From positions 1 to 18,872 of the IMG/VR virus record IMGVR_UViG_2663763227_000001: a stretch of 18,872 nucleotides of DNA; one strand, 5' to 3'. A program made the position numbers and the translations under genes. The notes beneath the pieces were generated by a model, which saw only the letters and a program-made list of their open reading frames with translations, did not search any database and was not told the DNA's origin. The DNA is from a virus. Taxonomy: Duplodnaviria; Heunggongvirae; Uroviricota; Caudoviricetes. Positions 16,146-18,872 of this stretch are shown here, piece after piece (the stretch's first letter is position 1; every line of letters begins with the position of its first letter).

Positions 16146-16838
16146 ATGTTATATGCATTTAAGCTGGGCAGAAAACTGCGCGGCGAGGAACCGTATTGCC
16201 CTGAAAAAGGCGGGAAAGGTGGCAGTTCTGATAAAAGTGCAAAGTATGCCGCAGAAGCTCAGAAGTATGCCGCAGACCTGCAAAATCAGCAGTTCAACAC
16301 CATCATGAACAACCTGAAGCCGTTTACTCCTCTGGCTGGGAAGTATGTCGGCAGCCTTGAGAACTTATCGTCTCTGGAAGGGCAAGGTCAGGCACTTAAC
16401 CAGTATTACAACTCTCAGCAGTATAAAGACCTTGCTGGTCAGGCTCGCTATCAGAGTCTGGCGGCAGCGGAAGCAACAGGTGGATTGGGTTCCACCGCAA
16501 CCAGTAATCAGTTAGCAACAATCGCACCAACGCTTGGTCAGCAATGGCTGTCTGGACAAATGAACAATTACAACAACCTGGCAAATATCGGTCTTGGCGC
16601 TCTTCAGGGACAGGCAAACGCCGGGCAAACATATGCCAACAACATGAGTCAGATTTCACAGCAAAGCGCGGCGCTGGCGGCGGCAAACGCCAACCGACCG
16701 TCAGCATTGCGGCAGGGTGTTAGTGGTGCTGCATCCGGTGCGCTTTTGGGTGGTGGTATAGCCAGTGCTCTCGAGCTATCAACTCCGTGGGGTGCTGGTA
16801 TCGGTGCTGGTCTTGGTCTGCTTGGTTCGCTGTTTTAA
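16146..16838 (+). CDS. Ejection (E) protein, P22 gp7-like
   Basis: 230 aa (P22 gp7 about 229 aa); N-terminus MLYAFKLGRKLRGEEPYCPEKGGKGG; Gln/Asn-rich middle and Gly/Ala-rich hydrophobic C-terminus; correct synteny. Confidence 0.85.
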   Translation: MLYAFKLGRKLRGEEPYCPEKGGKGGSSDKSAKYAAEAQKYAADLQNQQFNTIMNNLKPFTPLAGKYVGSLENLSSLEGQGQALNQYYNSQQYKDLAGQARYQSLAAAEATGGLGSTATSNQLATIAPTLGQQWLSGQMNNYNNLANIGLGALQGQANAGQTYANNMSQISQQSAALAAANANRPSALRQGVSGAASGALLGGGIASALELSTPWGAGIGAGLGLLGSLF

Positions 16839-16848
16839 GGGGTAATCA

Positions 16849-18192
16849 ATGGCTACTTGGCAACAGGGTATTAATTCTGGTGGTTTTCTGGCTGGCATCG
16901 GTACGCAAAATGAGAATGCGCCAAAGGCAAGCGACATTAACGCAACGCTTGGTCTGATTCGCGAAAACAATGAACTGGCTCGATCAGGTGCAAATAACGT
17001 TGGTCTGACCGCGTTACGTGGTCTGGCTGGAGTTGCTGATATTTATAAGCAGCAGCAACAGCAGGAACGTAAAGCGGCATTCCAGAAAGGTTATGCGGAT
17101 GCTTATGCGTCCGGCGACAGGGAGCAGATGCGTAATCTTATTACAGCATTCCCCGAAGAGTTTGAGGAAGTCCGTAAAGGCATGGGGTATGTCGATGACG
17201 CCCAGCGGAATGATTTTGGCAATCTGGCGCTCAAGGCTCAGGTAGCTTCGTCGCTTGGTCCGGGTGCATTTGGCAGGTTTATGATGGATAGCGAAAAGGA
17301 GATGCGTCGTTTAGGTATCCCTCCAGAAACTATTGCTGAAATGCAGGTTAATGACCCGCAGGGCTTCCAGCACTTTGCAGGTAATCTGGCACTATTTTCT
17401 CTCGGCCATGAGAAGTATTTCGATATCAAAGATCAAATGGAGGGGCGTCGACTTGAGCAAGGGCGATTGGATGAAAGCATCCGTCAGGCTGACATGGAGA
17501 ATGCGAGAGGATGGGCAAATATCCAGAACGCTCAACTAGACAGGGCTCAGCGGGCACAAATGCACTCAGATGAGATGGGATTGAAGCTAATGGAGCTGGG
17601 GCAAAAAGGTAAGCCGTCAGCAGACTTAATTAAGGGATTAAATTCTGACATTACCAATTTTGGCAAAAATTATAACTCTGTCAGAGCGGCGGCAAACTCT
17701 CTGCAAGCCCTTAGCAAGGTAAATACTGGCGCTGCCCAACTTGGGATTATCTTTAATTACATGAAGTCTCTCGACCCTCAGTCAGTTGTTCGCGAAGGTG
17801 AACAGGTTCAGGTCATGCGCTCTGATGGCATATGGGGGCAGATAAAAGGATATGTAGACCAGCTTAATGCAGGGAATGGCTTGTCACAGGAAGCGAGGGA
17901 TAACATTGTCAACGCAGCAAAAATTAACGCCAACGCTATGGGGCAGCAGTTTAACCAGCAGGTAGACGAATATCTGGATACGTATGGAGATACTATTCCT
18001 CAGGGGCTGAAAAAAAGTTTAGGGAGAAGGAAGGCCAAGCTATTTGACGATGTCCCAGCGCAGCCTACACCACAAGGTGGTAATGGGCAGACAAAAGCTG
18101 CGCCAAGTGGGATATCAGAAGGCGCGACGGCAACGAACCCTAAAACTGGTCAGAAACTCATTTATAGGAACGGACAATGGCAACCGATGTAG
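16849..18192 (+). CDS. Ejection (E) protein, P22 gp20-like
   Basis: 447-aa ORF in the expected position between the gp7-like and gp16-like genes; size comparable to P22 gp20. Confidence 0.8.
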   Translation: MATWQQGINSGGFLAGIGTQNENAPKASDINATLGLIRENNELARSGANNVGLTALRGLAGVADIYKQQQQQERKAAFQKGYADAYASGDREQMRNLITAFPEEFEEVRKGMGYVDDAQRNDFGNLALKAQVASSLGPGAFGRFMMDSEKEMRRLGIPPETIAEMQVNDPQGFQHFAGNLALFSLGHEKYFDIKDQMEGRRLEQGRLDESIRQADMENARGWANIQNAQLDRAQRAQMHSDEMGLKLMELGQKGKPSADLIKGLNSDITNFGKNYNSVRAAANSLQALSKVNTGAAQLGIIFNYMKSLDPQSVVREGEQVQVMRSDGIWGQIKGYVDQLNAGNGLSQEARDNIVNAAKINANAMGQQFNQQVDEYLDTYGDTIPQGLKKSLGRRKAKLFDDVPAQPTPQGGNGQTKAAPSGISEGATATNPKTGQKLIYRNGQWQPM

Positions 18193-18612
18193 GTTTACCC
18201 GAAGGCTTTGTTCTCGATAATCAGCCTGATAACTCACAGCTTCCTGATGGCTTTGTGCTTGATTCCCAACCAGAACAGCAGCAATCTCCTTTGGTTTCAC
18301 CAGAGGAAAATTCCAGACAGGAAAATGTTGTTAATAATGCTAACGGTTTCGACCGTTTTATGTATGGCGTTCTCAGTGGATTGATGGATGTTGGTAAAGG
18401 TGTTGGCCTGTTTCAGGACATGACACCAGAAGAGCAAGCCGCAATTCAGTCTCTACAGCAGAAGTTAGCGGCAAAACCATCAACCGCACAAGATGTTGGT
18501 GAGTTCGTTGGACAAGCAGCACCATTTGTTAGTGGTGGTGGGATTATTTCTCAGGTTCCGAAAGGGGCGGCAAGGCTGGCTGCCGCCGCAGGGCTTGGTG
18601 CTGGAGAAGGGG
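18177..18612 (+). pseudogene. Ejection protein gp16-like, 5' fragment only (about 145 codons) truncated by IS insertion
   Basis: ORF starts overlapping the gp20-like stop; N-terminal tandem motif LPEGFVLDNQP / LPDGFVLDSQP. Phage-like sequence ends at 18612, where the IS terminal repeat TGAACCGCCCCGG begins. The ORF-track extension to 18773 is read-through into the IS. P22 gp16 is about 600 aa. Confidence 0.8.
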
Positions 18613-18872
18613 TGAACCGCCCCGGGTTTCCTGGAGAGTGTTTTATCTGTGAACTCAGGCTGCCAGATCATCGTTTCCGATGGAAGCATAATAAGCTTTT
18701 TCTGCTTCTGCCGGAGGAGTATGGCCCAGCCTTTCCAGCAATCGTCGATTGTTATACCAGTCCACCCACGTGAGTGTGGCCAGTTCCACTTCTGCACGGT
18801 TTTTCCAGCTCTTACGGTGTATTACCTCCGCTTTGTAAAGGCCATTGATGCTCTCCGCCATCGCGTTGTCAT
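18613..18872 (-). mobile_element. IS3-family insertion sequence (IS629/IS1203-like), right end; continues beyond the window
   Basis: Terminal inverted repeat begins TGAACCGCCCCGGG at 18613. The minus strand encodes the C-terminal end of an IS3-family OrfB transposase ending at 18655. Resembles IS629-group ends as remembered. Confidence 0.85.
18655..18872 (-). CDS. IS3-family transposase OrfB, C-terminal part (partial, runs off the window edge)
   Basis: Minus-strand translation ...DNAMAESINGLYKAEVIHRKSWKNRAEVELATLTWVDWYNNRRLLERLGHTPPAEAEKAYY...-stop: DDE integrase-core C-terminus including the residues after the catalytic E. The real N-terminus lies outside the window. Confidence 0.85.
   Translation of the reverse strand, partial: DNAMAESINGLYKAEVIHRKSWKNRAEVELATLTWVDWYNNRRLLERLGHTPPAEAEKAYYASIGNDDLAA

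Noticed and set aside
18613-18773. Continuation of the gp16-like ORF to 18773 (198 aa in the ORF track)
   Set aside because: Beyond 18612 the frame is translating the IS terminal repeat and the antisense of the transposase gene, not phage protein.
1-18872. CRISPR array, rRNA, integrase or attachment site
   Set aside because: No regularly spaced direct repeats, no rRNA-like sequence and no integrase-like ORF were seen. The window covers late genes, not the integration module.

Overview
This window is the late region of a mosaic temperate phage or prophage of an enterobacterial host (E. coli/Shigella-like), with every gene on the + strand except a partial IS transposase at the right edge. Left to right: (1) the end of a lambda-like nin region — phage Dam methyltransferase, NinE-like, a NinF-like gene split by an AT-rich HNH homing-endonuclease insertion, a NUMOD4-only fragment, a YbcO/DUF1364-like nuclease, RusA, a small YlcG-like ORF and a putative Q antiterminator; (2) a late promoter/terminator leader followed by a lambda-type lysis cassette (S holin with dual start, R transglycosylase, Rz with embedded Rz1); (3) three small uncharacterised ORFs; (4) a P22/Sf6-type morphogenesis block — small and large terminase, portal, scaffold, coat, gp4-like, gp10-like, a second HNH endonuclease, gp26 tail needle, gp14-like, and ejection proteins gp7-, gp20- and gp16-like; (5) an IS3-family element cutting the gp16-like gene at 18613 and running off the window. 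Identifications rest on reading the translated ORFs against remembered protein families; no database search was run. The most notable items are the two selfish HNH insertions (one inside ninF), the IS-truncated ejection gene, and the uncharacterised cargo ORFs between the lysis and packaging genes.
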